DNA of 64,000 bases from Massalongia carnosa. Its lineage: Eukaryota. Below the pieces are notes generated by a model. That model was not told where the DNA came from. It did no database searches and was given only the letters and a program-made list of their open reading frames with translations. Every line of letters starts with the position of its first letter. The stretch's first letter is position 1. Shown here one piece after another: positions 12,637-24,356 of this stretch. The stretch is from NCBI GenBank assembly GCA_965645245.1, contig OZ287077.1, forward strand, positions 1,364,001-1,428,000, read 5' to 3'. The position numbers and the translations under genes were made by a program.

Positions 12637-14900
12637 CAGTCAAACCTTCCTATAACGATAGGGTTTGTCCACGCCGGCCAATCGTTATAGCCAGAATATA
12701 TTATTTATAAGTTAAACATAACGGTTATGTGTGATGATGAGATTCATAGACCTAAGAATCTATATAGCATGAAAATAAGTCTGAATAGACTGTTGCTGCA
12801 ACTCCTGTGTGCCTCTGCCTCTGATATCCCGTCGATAAAGTGTCAAACATCGCAAAACCTCGCTGTTACCGTTGTCTTGTTGCTCCTCGTAGAGACAGAG
12901 TCTATTCAAAGCAGTAATAGCTTCTGCACTGCTCACTTTTGCCATCATCTCTTGCTCCTCATCTGTCTCATGGTCTCGTTCAATCAAAGGGTGACTATAA
13001 CTGTCCAGAATCTGTTCAAATATCTCCTCCTCGTTGTCTTCCACCACCTCATCCACGAGATCAAAGAAATGATCTATCTTCATCGCCTCTGTGATGTGAT
13101 TTTTGTCTTGTAGAGTCCGTATTGTAGCGTCCATCTGCTTGATCATCTCTCGCTGCTTGACATCATCTGCATCAGACTACTCCTTCCACCCCAATTGTAT
13201 AGCCACACTTTCCGAAACAGGTCCGTACTTTGGACCCAAAACTTTGGATTTCAACCAGCAATTGGCAATTGTAGTAGAAGAAACGTCTTCTTGCCAAGCA
13301 GCTACACTCCATCGAAGAGCTTGTAGAATATGAATTGACTTTAACGGATCGCGATCCAAATCATATTCCGAACAGATGTAATTCAACCAATGCCGACGAT
13401 AATGAGCTTTAAAGGCCTTGATGATGCCTTGATCAAGAGGTTGACAGACGCTTGTGGCGTTGGCAGGTAAGAAAAGTACCTAAAAAGTTGATTAATCGAC
13501 GCTCTTGAAAATACACATCAGTCTAACGTACCTTGACGTTGTTCAGAGCAGTTTCATCTGCTTCTAAAAGCTTCAATCCGGCGTGATGGGATGAAAACCC
13601 ATCTACTAGAAGCACTACATTGCGATCTGCGGTCAAAGCGTTGAACCATAGAAGATACTCTTTGAATATCTTGCCTGTCATCCATGCTTTTTTGTTATGA
13701 CGCCAAGTCATCGGTAGGTTTTCTATCTTGACGCCAGATCGAGCAAAACAGCAAGGCTTTGCTGCCGTTCCAATAAACCAGGGATCCATCTTGTGACCCA
13801 CGACATTACAACAAAGATTGATGGTGATTCTAGACTTATTCAACTTAACACCAGCTGAATCAGACACTGCCAAGGTACGATCCGGCGTCATTTTCCAGTA
13901 TAGAGCTGATTCGTCCATGTTATAGATGTCTTCATTAGGATACGACTTTAGTTCTTCCCTGAGATTCACGAGTTCAAGCTCCACTGTTGCTTGATCTACC
14001 GCAGCAGCTTCACCATGACGAACTACTCTATGAATCTTATACCGCTTCTTGAAGCCGTCCAACCAGCCTGTTGAGAATTTGGGCTCCTCAACGCCTTGAT
14101 ATTGCGGCATTCGAGCCCAGAATCTTTTGGCCATGGCCTTCAATATATCACCTGTTATGGTGGCATGCTTGAGCTCCTGTTTCTGCTGCCATTCGTACAA
14201 CGCCATCTCCAGATCTTCCCAATTTGCTGGCTGTCTCTTCTTTGATTGCGGATGAATGAGTCTTGAATCATCCAGATGATCATACTGATGAGACAAACAG
14301 ACAGAAACCGTGGATTGAGACAGCTTACGACCAAACTGATTTAGAAACCAGGCTATTAAGGAGTTGGAATTGGGCTTGGGATGATCCGCCTGATTATAGT
14401 GAGCTCGCAAGGCCTTTCTCTCAGCGTCAGTAATAGCTCGTCGTCGCTTGACGCCGGCGGAGGAGCTAATAGGTCTATTCAAGATGGACGACATGATGTT
14501 GTGAATACTCGGCGAATATCTTGGAAGTAGGAGGCTAGGTTATCAAATGGTAATACAACAAACGGGAACGACTTGGCTAATCAGCTTAACCAGAGCTTGA
14601 TTTGTGACTGCTTCTATTACTACCTCTAGTAAAGAGTGATTCTATGAAAATATAGCAGAATAGGCTCCCTATATATATACCTATCAAAAAACTACACTGC
14701 ATTATTTAAGCAGGAAGTTCGGTCGAGGTGCAACCTGGCTTCTATGTATAACGATACCCTACAAAAATTTTGAGATTTACTAACGATATCGTAATAGGGA
14801 GATTATCGTTATTTTGCACCTAAAATTGCCGGATTTCTCCAACGAATCGTTGTGGAGCGATTATCGTTATAACCAAAATCGTTATAGGAAGGTTTGACTG
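12637..14900 (-). mobile_element. pogo/Tigger (CENP-B-like) DNA transposon, 2264 bp
   Basis: Perfect 23-bp TIR CAGTCAAACCTTCCTATAACGAT; TA on both sides; subterminal ATCGTTA repeats. Confidence 0.95.
12760..14494 (-). pseudogene. pogo-type transposase (CENP-B HTH plus DDE_1 domain), one premature stop
   Basis: FSTGWLDGFKKR, NMDESAL, LVDGFSSH, QPLDQGII; intron 13480-13531; TAG at 13177. Confidence 0.88.
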
Positions 14901-14902
14901 TA

Positions 14903-17252
14903 TTACTTAAGCATGTCAAATTTATCTTTCTCATAGATCAATACCTGAAATTACTAGACATTTCTACCTAATTTGAGGTACCTTCCTATTATCTCGATAC
15001 ATACATTGATCATGTCTCGACAATCTGGACATTCTGGCGGTCGACCGAAAAATGCATTGGTAGATGAGAATTTCGTTGATGTCATCATTGAAGGCATGAA
15101 ATACCCTCAGCATCGTTGTACGCATTGCGGATATCAGTCTGCCAAAGTTGCTACCAGGGGTCAGCAGCATTTGCAGACATGCAATGCCTTTCAAGAAGTG
15201 CAAGAAAGAAGACAGCAAGAGACGTCTTCTAGGAGCAGCAAATCTTTAATTCAATTGCCCATCACCCCTTTGATTCGTCCCTTAAATCAAGCCCAAGTTG
15301 CGCATGCTCATCGCGCTGCTGCAATGTCCGTCTTTATGACCAATCTTCCGTTTAACCACTTCAAAAATCCCTATGTGATTGCTCATCATCAAGCACTGCA
15401 TCCTGGATATAAACCTCCACATCATAAGCTCGTTGGCGGGAAATTATTGGACGACGCCTATGAGACGGTTAAACTGAAAGTAAATCTGCAGTTAGATGCC
15501 TGCAGTTATCTCAACTTCTTTACCGACGAAACGGCCAACATTAAGAAGGAACGGGTTATTAATCTCTGTTGTCATGTCCCTTCATCAGCTACCTCTCGAG
15601 GGGGGGGCTTTCATTTAAAAGCAATGGCCGGCATCGCTGAGACGATGACTGCAGCTGTTCAAGCTGAGTGGATGATAAAAGGCTGTAGAGAAGCGACCAA
15701 TAATCAGCTCTGGAGAGTCAATTGTATAGGAACAGATACTTGCTCTACTATGAAGGCCATGTGGTCTGAAATTCGAAATTTTCCTGAGATGAGACACGTC
15801 TTTTTCGTTCCTTGCGACAGTCACGGTTCACAGCTTCTTTTGGGAGACATTTTGAAGCTTCCTTTTTTTGCAGACATCATGCAAAAAGCTCTGTCGATAG
15901 TGATAGCTTTTCGTGGATCGAATAAAGAATTGGCCATTCTATGGAATTTTCAGATGAAGGTAAGTAGGAATGAAATTTCAATGCGGCATCAAAACGTCAT
16001 TGCTAATTTATAACTTTCAAAGGCATACAATCAACGTCAATCACTGATTCTCAACGTTTTGACCAGATGGGGTACGACTGTAGGCCTTTTGAACTCGGTG
16101 CTAAAAAGCAAGCAGGCAATTTTGGATTATTTTCAGCAAAATGCTTCGGGCATTGCTCAGGGCAGAAGTCATCCTTTAGGAACATTCGTCAACGACTTCT
16201 CGTTTTGGAAAAAGCTGGCCATCGTACAGAAAATTCTTGATCCCATACATAAAGCACAATACATGTCCGAGGCCGAGGGGCATAAACTGTACGCGGTGAC
16301 TGCCAATTGGAACAGGCTTCGATCTCATCTATATACAATGGCCAAAGAGGATGAAGATTCTGAGATGGATTTGCATCACATTGCAGAGATAGTTTGGGAA
16401 GATCGATATCTCAGTCAAATAACTGAACTTCATGTGGTAGCAGCTCTGTTGGTTCCTCAGAATCATAACATTCAGGTGATTGGAGTATCCACGTCGCAGG
16501 CATTTTTCTCTATTATGCATAGATTCTTTGCTGAATATCTGAACGTTGAAGAAGCAAAGTCGGCAATGAAGCAATGGCTTTCTTTTCGAAATCAAGAAGA
16601 CGGTTTTTATCCTGCCTCCGAATGCAGGACATATCAAACGGATTCGGAGCTGTTTTGGAACTTTTCCAGAAGCTTTGCTTTTGATCTCAGCAACATAGCT
16701 AGAAAGGTAATAATGCTGCCTGCTAATTCGGTGCTGGCAGAAAGAAATTGGTCGGTCATGAATTTGATCATGACCAAAAGTCGGAACTCTCTACATTCCA
16801 TCAATGTCGATAAACTCATGTTTATTTACATGAATGAGCGTACTCTTAATCGGCCAACAGATTTCAAAAGCAAGCTTCAGTTTGCTGGCATCGACATAAA
16901 TGAGACGGATCTTTGTGAGATGGAGGATAGACTACTGCAAGAAGAGATCTCTTTATCTGATACGTCCATGTCATCATCGAAAAGACCGGCGAGTCAAACG
17001 ATATTTGGTGATGCGACGAGAGCTTGGATAAACACCTAGCTAGTAGAGTAGGAGATACATAAAATTGTACGCAAATTGCTAACAAAATAAAGTATCTTTT
17101 CCCCACTTTCTATCTTCCCGCTTCTTCCGCCCCCCCCCCCCCTCCCCCCCTGTAGCTAATCCCTGTGTCTGTCAGTTGGGCCAACTGACACGTATTAAAC
17201 ACTTCCCGATCGGGTTAGTCAATAAACATGTTTAATACATATCCTAGCCCTA
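14903..17252 (+). mobile_element. hAT transposon lacking its left end
   Basis: hAT transposase; right end reads TAGGGCTAGG on the minus strand and abuts resumed LTR-C sequence at 17253; subterminal palindrome TGTCAGTTGG-G-CCAACTGACA; no matching left TIR. Confidence 0.8.
15012..17039 (+). CDS. hAT transposase (BED-type zinc finger, DUF659-like core, dimerisation domain), apparently intact
   Basis: CTHC...QQHLQTC, FTDET, GTDTC, CDSH, TRW, PANSVLAERNWS; phase-0 intron 15960-16022 joins the two ORFs in frame. Confidence 0.88.
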
Positions 17253-17734
17253 GCTGTGCCTTTTGGTCGGGAGGACAGGTGGCGCAATGGTAGAAATCTA
17301 TTTACTATTTCGCTTCGTCACAGAATACTTAGTTATCAATCGGTGTACATACTAAGTTATTCGTGAGTTCGATTCCTGACCTGAGTTCCTCGCTTTTTCG
17401 CCTTGCTTCGACGGACTGAAGCTAGGACGAACGGGAAAGCGTTGGATGAAAACTCTCTAAGTCGGATCGGCAAGGGCTGTACGCTAAGAAGAGCCCATCC
17501 TTCGTGGCTAACTATAACTGGAAGCGGCAAGGGAGGGACTAGCCGCAGCTAGACGGGCGGTATTGTAACGGTTCTACCATGCGTGGTGCGGACGGCAGGA
17601 CCTATAGCGAACATAGCAGGAGTCCCAGTTATAGTAGAATAGAGCTTAGTCTGCGGACTAAGTATTGTGCCTTTTGGTCGGGAAGGACAGGTGGCGCAGT
17701 GGTAGAAATCTATTCACTATCTCGCTTCGTCACA

Positions 17735-17829
17735 GAGATTAGTTGATAGATTTCTATTATTGCGCCACCTGTCCTCCCGACCAAAAGGCACAATACTTAG
17801 TCCGCAGACCAAGCTCTATTCTACTATAA
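17735..17829 (-). repeat. Inverted copy of LTR-C (other piece at 12551-12566) that served as the TRIM's target
   Basis: 12551-12566 joined to 17740-17829 is the reverse complement of 17629-17734. Confidence 0.85.
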
Positions 17830-18080
17830 ATGTGTATAACCCCTCTCCCGCCTCCTATTCATCCACTGACAGTCCCACGACCTTACCGGCGGCTCGGAGC
17901 ATGCTTACCGCCGATGCGCATCACATACTACTTGGAGATTTCAACCTGCATCATCCCTTTTGGAATTGTCCCTCAAGACCCGCACAACACGCTGCTGCTG
18001 ATCAATTACTAGAAATAATCGATGATCATAATCTTTCGTTGACACTGCCGAAAGGCACCGTAAAATGGGAAGCAAGAACA

Positions 18081-18420
18081 CGTTGGGGTGGGGCGACAAG
18101 TGTCATCTATGGTCAGGTGACATGGCAGGCCTGTGTGGGGATAAAACGGGTTTTTTGCTGGCGTTTTCTTCATCATCTCCGGACATCATCTTCTATCACC
18201 TACGCTGTCATCATCATCGTCGTGTCACGTAGTTATCGACACACGTTCATTTCGTGCATCAACTAGTCGTTCAGTCGTTCAGTCGTCGAGTTCTTTTCAT
18301 GTCTATGCAGTCGTAGGTCCATTCAGACGTTTGTGTGTGTGTGTGTTCACTGCTCAGTTCGCCATCTATCATCACGTACCACCACCTTCCATTAGCACGC
18401 ACGACTACCCTTCTTCAACG
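18081..18420. mobile_element. 340-bp non-coding insertion in the LINE endonuclease domain; unclassified
   Basis: Excision rejoins WEART|SSTIDLVF in frame; short inverted termini (A)CGTTG...CAACG(T); no TSD seen. Confidence 0.6.
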
Positions 18421-19521
18421 TCTAGCACGATAGATTTGGTTTTCATGTCAGAATATCTAGCATGTCCAGACCAGAATTAAATCAATCGACCGATCACGTG
18501 CCGATATCAACCCGCATCCTACTCGGAAGCGAGCCGCAACCGAAAATCAAACGCAGAGCATGGAGACTTCTAAACCTGGAAAAATTAAGGGAGGCCGAAT
18601 GACACGCCCCTATACCAGAGTCTCCCCGCACCACTGCCGAGATTGATGCGTACACGGAATCGATTCAAAATTTTCTACAAAATGTTGTCAACGAAGCAGT
18701 TCCAAGGGCAAAATCTAGCGAATATGCTAAGCAATTCTTGACAGAAGAATGCAGCATTGCTACCAAAGCCACACGGAAACTACGCCGCATATAGTCTAGC
18801 ACGTTAGAACTAATGGACTAGTCTAACTATATAAAATCCAATGATAAAAAACAGAAAATCATTCAAAAGGCAAAGAGAACAAACTTTCGTCAAGAAATCA
18901 ATAAGGCCATCGAAACGCCTCAGGGACTATGGCGGCTAGCGAAATGGGCCAAAGACAAAAGTCATCAATCTAGAGAAGTATCCAAAATGCCGATGCTAAA
19001 ATTCAATGACCAAGTAGCAGACATGTTTGACCAAAAAGCCGAAATGCTGAAAGGTGTCTTCTTTCCCGCACAACCACCGGCCGACCTAAGCGACATAGAA
19101 GGATCCTTCTATCCTACATCGCCGCACTGCCCAATAATCATCACCAAGTCAGAATTATCGACGGCCCTGAGTCGGCTCAAGTCCGATAAGGCACCGGGCC
19201 CAGACGGCATATCTAACAGAATACTCAAAGCATGTAGCGAAAAACTTGTCGAACTACTATCACCTCTGTTTCAGGCGTGCGTCACACACTCGTACCACCT
19301 GCGGGCCTTCAAAATGGCAAACACAATAGCGCGGAAAAAAATATGCAAAGGAGACTATACCACGCCGAAAGCCTACCGACCAATTGCACTGCTTAACACG
19401 CTCAGTAAATTTATGGAATCTATCATTGGATCGAAAATAACCTATCTAGCGGAAACATACCGGCTCTTACCCGACACACAGATGGGAGCAAGGAAGGGCA
19501 GATCCACAGAGTCAGCACTGG

Positions 19522-19673
19522 TATGCCGCGCAACGGGTTGGGTTTTCGCCACAAATTTTCTTTTTCGCCACCGGGTTTTTCTTTCAACACCCAACCCGGA
19601 CACCAAAAATCATAGGGTTCACCACAAACGGGTTGGGTTTTCATAAGAGAAACCCGACCCGTTGCGCGGCGTA
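19522..19673. mobile_element. hAT-type MITE (152 bp)
   Basis: 24-bp TIR TA(T/C)GCCGCGCAACGGGT(T/C)GGGTTT; 8-bp TSD AGCACTGG; removal restores the RT frame STESALELLTEQVH. Confidence 0.93.
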
Positions 19674-21167
19674 AGCACTGGAACTGCTAACTGAACAGGT
19701 TCACACGATTTGGGGACAGGGAAAAGACAAAGTAGCCACACTGCTAAGCATGGACGTCGCCGGCGCGTTCGATATGGTATCACATCAACGACTAACGCAC
19801 AACCTACGGAAAAGAAAAATTCCAAAATGGATCACCGACTGGTTAAACAGCTTTCTGAGCGATCGAAGCACCACTTTAGCAATAAACCGAAAAGTCACCG
19901 GGCGGTTTGCGGTAAGAACGGGTATCCCGCAGGGCTCTCCCCTGTCATCCATTCTTTACCTATTTTACATTGCAGATCTATTGGAAATATGTGATTGACT
20001 AGGCAAAAACACAAGTGCCATAGGATTCGTAGACGACGCAAAAATTTTGGCATATGGAAAAAGCACCGAGGAAAACTGCAAAACTCTAGAGGCAATACGC
20101 AGACAATGTGAGACGTGGGCTTCCCGGCACGGGTCCGTATTCGCTCCGACGAAGTACGAACTCATACACTTGTCCAAAAATCCCAAAAGATTCACATGAC
20201 TGCATCCATCAATATTGCTAGCACCGAAATTGAACCAAAAACGGACATCAGAGTATTAGGCCTACAAATTGACACCAAATTGAAATGGGGACCGCACGTT
20301 CGCAAAACGCAAGAGAAAATGGTCAAACAATCCATGGCATTGACAAAAATTTCCACATCAACCTGGGGTGCCACCTTCGCCAAAGCAAGGCAGGTTTACA
20401 GTGCCGTGGTGCGTCCAGCCATGACATATGGGTCCACCGTATGGCACATGCCCAAAGAAGTCAAAAAGTCAAAAACGTCAACGAGCAAGCTCTCCGTCAT
20501 GCAAAACACTTGCCTTCGCACCATAGCCGGTGCCTTTAAAGCCACTCCCATCTCAGTACTAGAAGCAGAGACATTCATAGCGCCCATAGACACGCATCTT
20601 GACATGCTACAAGCACAGGCAAGGCACCGGCTCCGAGCCGGAGGCCAATTGAAGATCATCTCCGCATGCAACAAAATAGCTGACAAACTTCGAGGCAAGG
20701 CAGGTCGCAAACGACTTCAAAAGCCCACACCGGGAAAGCTAAACCACATCTGGGCCAAAAGCCTACTAATCGACTCAAAAATAGTTCAACCACCCAAAGG
20801 CACACCCACCATGGTTCGAAGTCTACCCGGCGTGGCACCGCGAAGCTACCGTTGCGGCAACGGCCCGACACAAGCAGATGCAAACAATCAAAGCACGACA
20901 AATGAAGGTCTGGAACGACTCGTGGTGCGCATATCAAAAATCGCGTCATTGAACCCTCCATAGCACAATCAGTCCCACTGAGCAAAAAACGGCTGAAAAT
21001 ACACACGCAGCTAAAAAAGGCTGAAAGCGCTCTAACAACACAAATCCGCACTGGCAAGATCGGGTTAGCTGACTTCCTCTACAAGCAACGGGTGCCCTCC
21101 GTCACCTCACCGGCCTGCTCATGTGGCTGGTACAGACAAACTCCAGAACATGTAATCATGTTCTGCA

Positions 21168-21540
21168 TGTCACGGTTCTACCACATCCACCCAAGGCCAA
21201 TCAAAGGAAAGTACGGCATCTGCCGGCGCACTAACCGCTTCCGTTACTCAAGCAATCATAGGGGCAATCAACGGAGGTCTGAAAGAACTGAAAGGGACGC
21301 ATCGGAACGACCTTCTAAAGCAAACACAAATGGATAAAAGGGACAAAGGACAGAAAGACTGTTTGACCAAACTGTTCACTTATTGATAAAGACACAAGCA
21401 GCTGGATCGGGCCAAGCGATTATCTATATAGACTCCTAGAGAGAGCATCCTTTGCTTGTTTCCTTTCTGCATCTTTGATATTTTCTAGTGCATAGCTTCC
21501 CAGTAGATAGTCAATTCCACATCCTGGTTGAACCGTCACG
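21168..21540 (+). repeat. Solo LTR (family B, 373 bp) inserted in the LINE
   Basis: TGTCACGGTTC...GAACCGTCACG; 5-bp TSD CTGCA; removal rejoins HVIMFC|RLIDNRE. Confidence 0.92.
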
Positions 21541-22524
21541 CTGCAGACTTATTGACAATAGAGAACAGATGTTTCGCGCCGCCGGCACGAGCGACTATCA
21601 GCAGCTGACCGAATCATCAAAAACTCTGAAGATACTAACTGCTTGGCTAATGAAAACAGGCTTATTGAATCAATTCTCACTAGCATCAACATTATTGTAC
21701 AATCAACAATAGTTGAACCTTTCTTTCTTTCTTCTCTTTTCACAAGGCATTACAGTTCCCACACGTCTTTTGCACTGCGTCTCCCGCGCGACGTCGACCC
21801 GTAGTCACATCGGACGGGTATCAAGGGATATGGTTTTTACACCTGTGAAAAGTTTTCCATGTAACATATCTTAGATAGCTTTGCCCGCATGGGCCGGCCT
21901 ATGGCCGGTGTCATCATCATCATCATCATAACAGTTAACGATCGTAGATTGCGGTCGAGAAGTATCGCAAAAAGCTGCAAAATAGATGATAAAATGAATG
22001 AATTTGAGACAAATCCTGAAATTAAAACTATGCAGATCGCTTGCCTACGCAGACCGCTTTCCCCGACTAGAGGTGGTACACCTCGTATGGAGGCAGCTAA
22101 ACGAGGCCGAAGATTATTTATTGTATTAACGTAAAGAATACGACTAGTTTTCAAATTTATCATTGATTATTAATCATGATTACGAAGCGCGATTCTATTA
22201 GTTTAGTCATTGATGACTAATATCTTCAATCAACAATTCACCAGACTATATTCTCTGAATACTGCTCTGGGGTTATCTTTGGGTTGTATTACATTTCTAA
22301 CATCAAGAGCAGCTTTCATCAGATCCATCCTCGAAGCTCCTTGAATCTTTTAGGTTTTGTGCGTCCAACCGTGGCATGTCCGCCTCTGCAACAGCAGCAC
22401 AACATTCTCCATAAATCCGAGACCTGCGATTCGAAAAACCGAATTTCTGAAACATTATTGGGGAGAGAAGGAACTCGAGAGTTGAAGTAGTCAACAAATA
22501 CCGCATCAAACTGAGCCCATAAAG

Positions 22525-23556
22525 ATGCAGCCAACTCTTGCGCCAGCACCGCTCTCCATGCGGACAACAGGACCGGTAAGCCAGAAGTTAAGAGCACTGC
22601 GACCAGTTGACTAACGGTGGAGAACAGGAAAACGCAGCAGATCAATGTGAGTAATCAACAAGCTGCTTATCGCGGATGGCGAACGGTTAGACTGTGCTGA
22701 CATATCACTCCACTTAGCCCTTAGAGAGCACCTGCTCGCCCAAGTGCATAGCACCCATCCCTCCCATAAAGCTGAAAGCTTGCAAACTTCCAGTTCGGCG
22801 AGTCCACACGACCAGAATATCGATCCTGCCATCGCGGGTACGGGGATGATGAGCACGAGTGCAGGTGAAAGCGGGGGCGACGATAATGGAAGCGATGGCA
22901 AGAAAGGTGGCAAACGCGAATTATCAACATCTAAACGGGCAGCGCAAAATCGTGCAGCTCAAGTACGCAATTCCCTCTGAACTTCATTCCCGTTTGACGT
23001 TGTGATGTTAGCATTGGTTTAATACCTAAATATTTGTACCCTGAGGATGCTTGTTATACGGCTTACTAACTGATGACTACAGCGCGCATTCAGACAACGG
23101 AAAGAAGGCCACATTAAGCATCTCGAAGCACAAGTAAAAGACTACAGCAGTTTGAGTGAAAGCTTCAAGGCTGTGCAGGCCGAGAACTATCAGCTACGCG
23201 ACTACATTATCAGTTTGCAATCTCGCCTCATCGAGTCACAGGGCGAATTCCCCCAACCACCATCGAATATTGAGCTTCACCACCCACGACCCTCAGCCTC
23301 TCAATCTCAACATGTACCCGCTCCCACGGCTCCCATGGGTTCCTCGTCCGTCAGTCAGCTGCAAGCTTCTGCTGCTCAAGCTGTAGCGGATTTAGGAGGC
23401 AACAAGCATCAACATGATGAGGCTACCTTCATTACTGGAAATTCACAGTCCAAACGAATGAGGCTGAATGAAAACGGTGACATGCGCTCATCGATGAAAT
23501 CTCAATTCGTCCCGCCGAATACTGATCCAAGTAATCGTCCAGTCATCGCTTCATAG
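22525..23556 (+). CDS. kapC: bZIP transcription factor, KapC-like (4 exons)
   Basis: Starts MQPTLAPAP; NIDPAI; KRELSTSKRAAQNRAAQ|RAFRQRKE; ENYQLRDYIISLQSRL; three GT-AG introns. Confidence 0.82.
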
Positions 23557-24356
23557 AATGGTGCGATTTCCTTGCCTCGATTTTCCTTTGCGCCAACTCC
23601 TAATTGCATAGTTAACATAACCTTTGTGATAGGGTTCTTGCGTGTTCGCGAGTACCCATTCGAGCAACTTCATTTTGATGGCCTGGATGAAAAACACATT
23701 CTCGGGTGGCTGGCGCTGCTTTGGATGGCGTTCATTGCTGTCATATCTTATGCATGGAGTTAGGCAGTGAGGGTAAACGGTAGCCTGATTGATGCTTGTG
23801 CTTCATCATATTCCTGCCTGATTTCTCTGATGTTATTAATTGTGAGATTGTCATTCGGTTTGGTTTCGCGAGGGTATAGCATGGAAGCAATATCATCCTC
23901 TTTACCGAAAGGACTTTATGCTTTGACCTATGCCACTTTGCAACGGTTGTGGAGAACCCAAACATCAGCCGTTACGGTAGTTTGGCACTTTACCAATATA
24001 TTCCCCTCTTCACAGGCTAGCTGGATGATCCATGGCTACTCCCTGATGTCTGGCAAAGGACCCTAAATGCTTCAAGATCGTTAGTGTTCGTAGGGTGCAT
24101 GGCGAATCTACTGAGCTAGATGTTGAGTTGCCGCTTATTTGTATCATACATGATGTAGAAACAACAGTGCGAACGGTTTCTACCTTCTTAACCATGCGAG
24201 GGACCACTATGTGGGGTTACCATCCATCTCACGGAAGCGCTCTTCCCACGTCCTACAGAATAATAACGAAATATGCTCTTTACCAACCAATAGTATGGCT
24301 GAGAGAAAGCCATCATGCAAGATCGGGAGCTCCGGTCCTATTCAAGGGCTAATCTG

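Larger units (their letters stand above)
12567..17734 (+). mobile_element. Non-autonomous miniature LTR retrotransposon (TRIM): ~171-bp LTRs with a 241-bp non-coding interior; 5' LTR interrupted by pogo and hAT elements
   Basis: 5' LTR = 12567-12636 + 17253-17322; 3' LTR = 17564-17734 (TGTAACGG...CGTCACA); 5-bp TSD GAGAT (12562-6 / 17735-9). Confidence 0.88.
17829..21929 (+). mobile_element. 5'-truncated Tad1-type LINE (ORF2 pseudogene: APE endonuclease, RT, C-terminal Cys/His knuckle) with three insertions
   Basis: LLGDFNLHH, STIDLVF, KAPGPDGI, YRPIALLN, DVAGAFD, PQGSPLS, FVDD, CSCG...HVIMFC; ORF2 ends at 21712; (CAT)n tail at 21912-21929; multiple stops and frameshifts. Confidence 0.9.

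Noticed and set aside
17760..18266. 168-aa ORF as a novel gene
   Set aside because: Chimera of inverted LTR, LINE endonuclease and the 340-bp insert.
1..22200. Starship or other giant cargo-carrying element
   Set aside because: No tyrosine-recombinase captain or cargo genes; the region is explained by nested conventional transposons.
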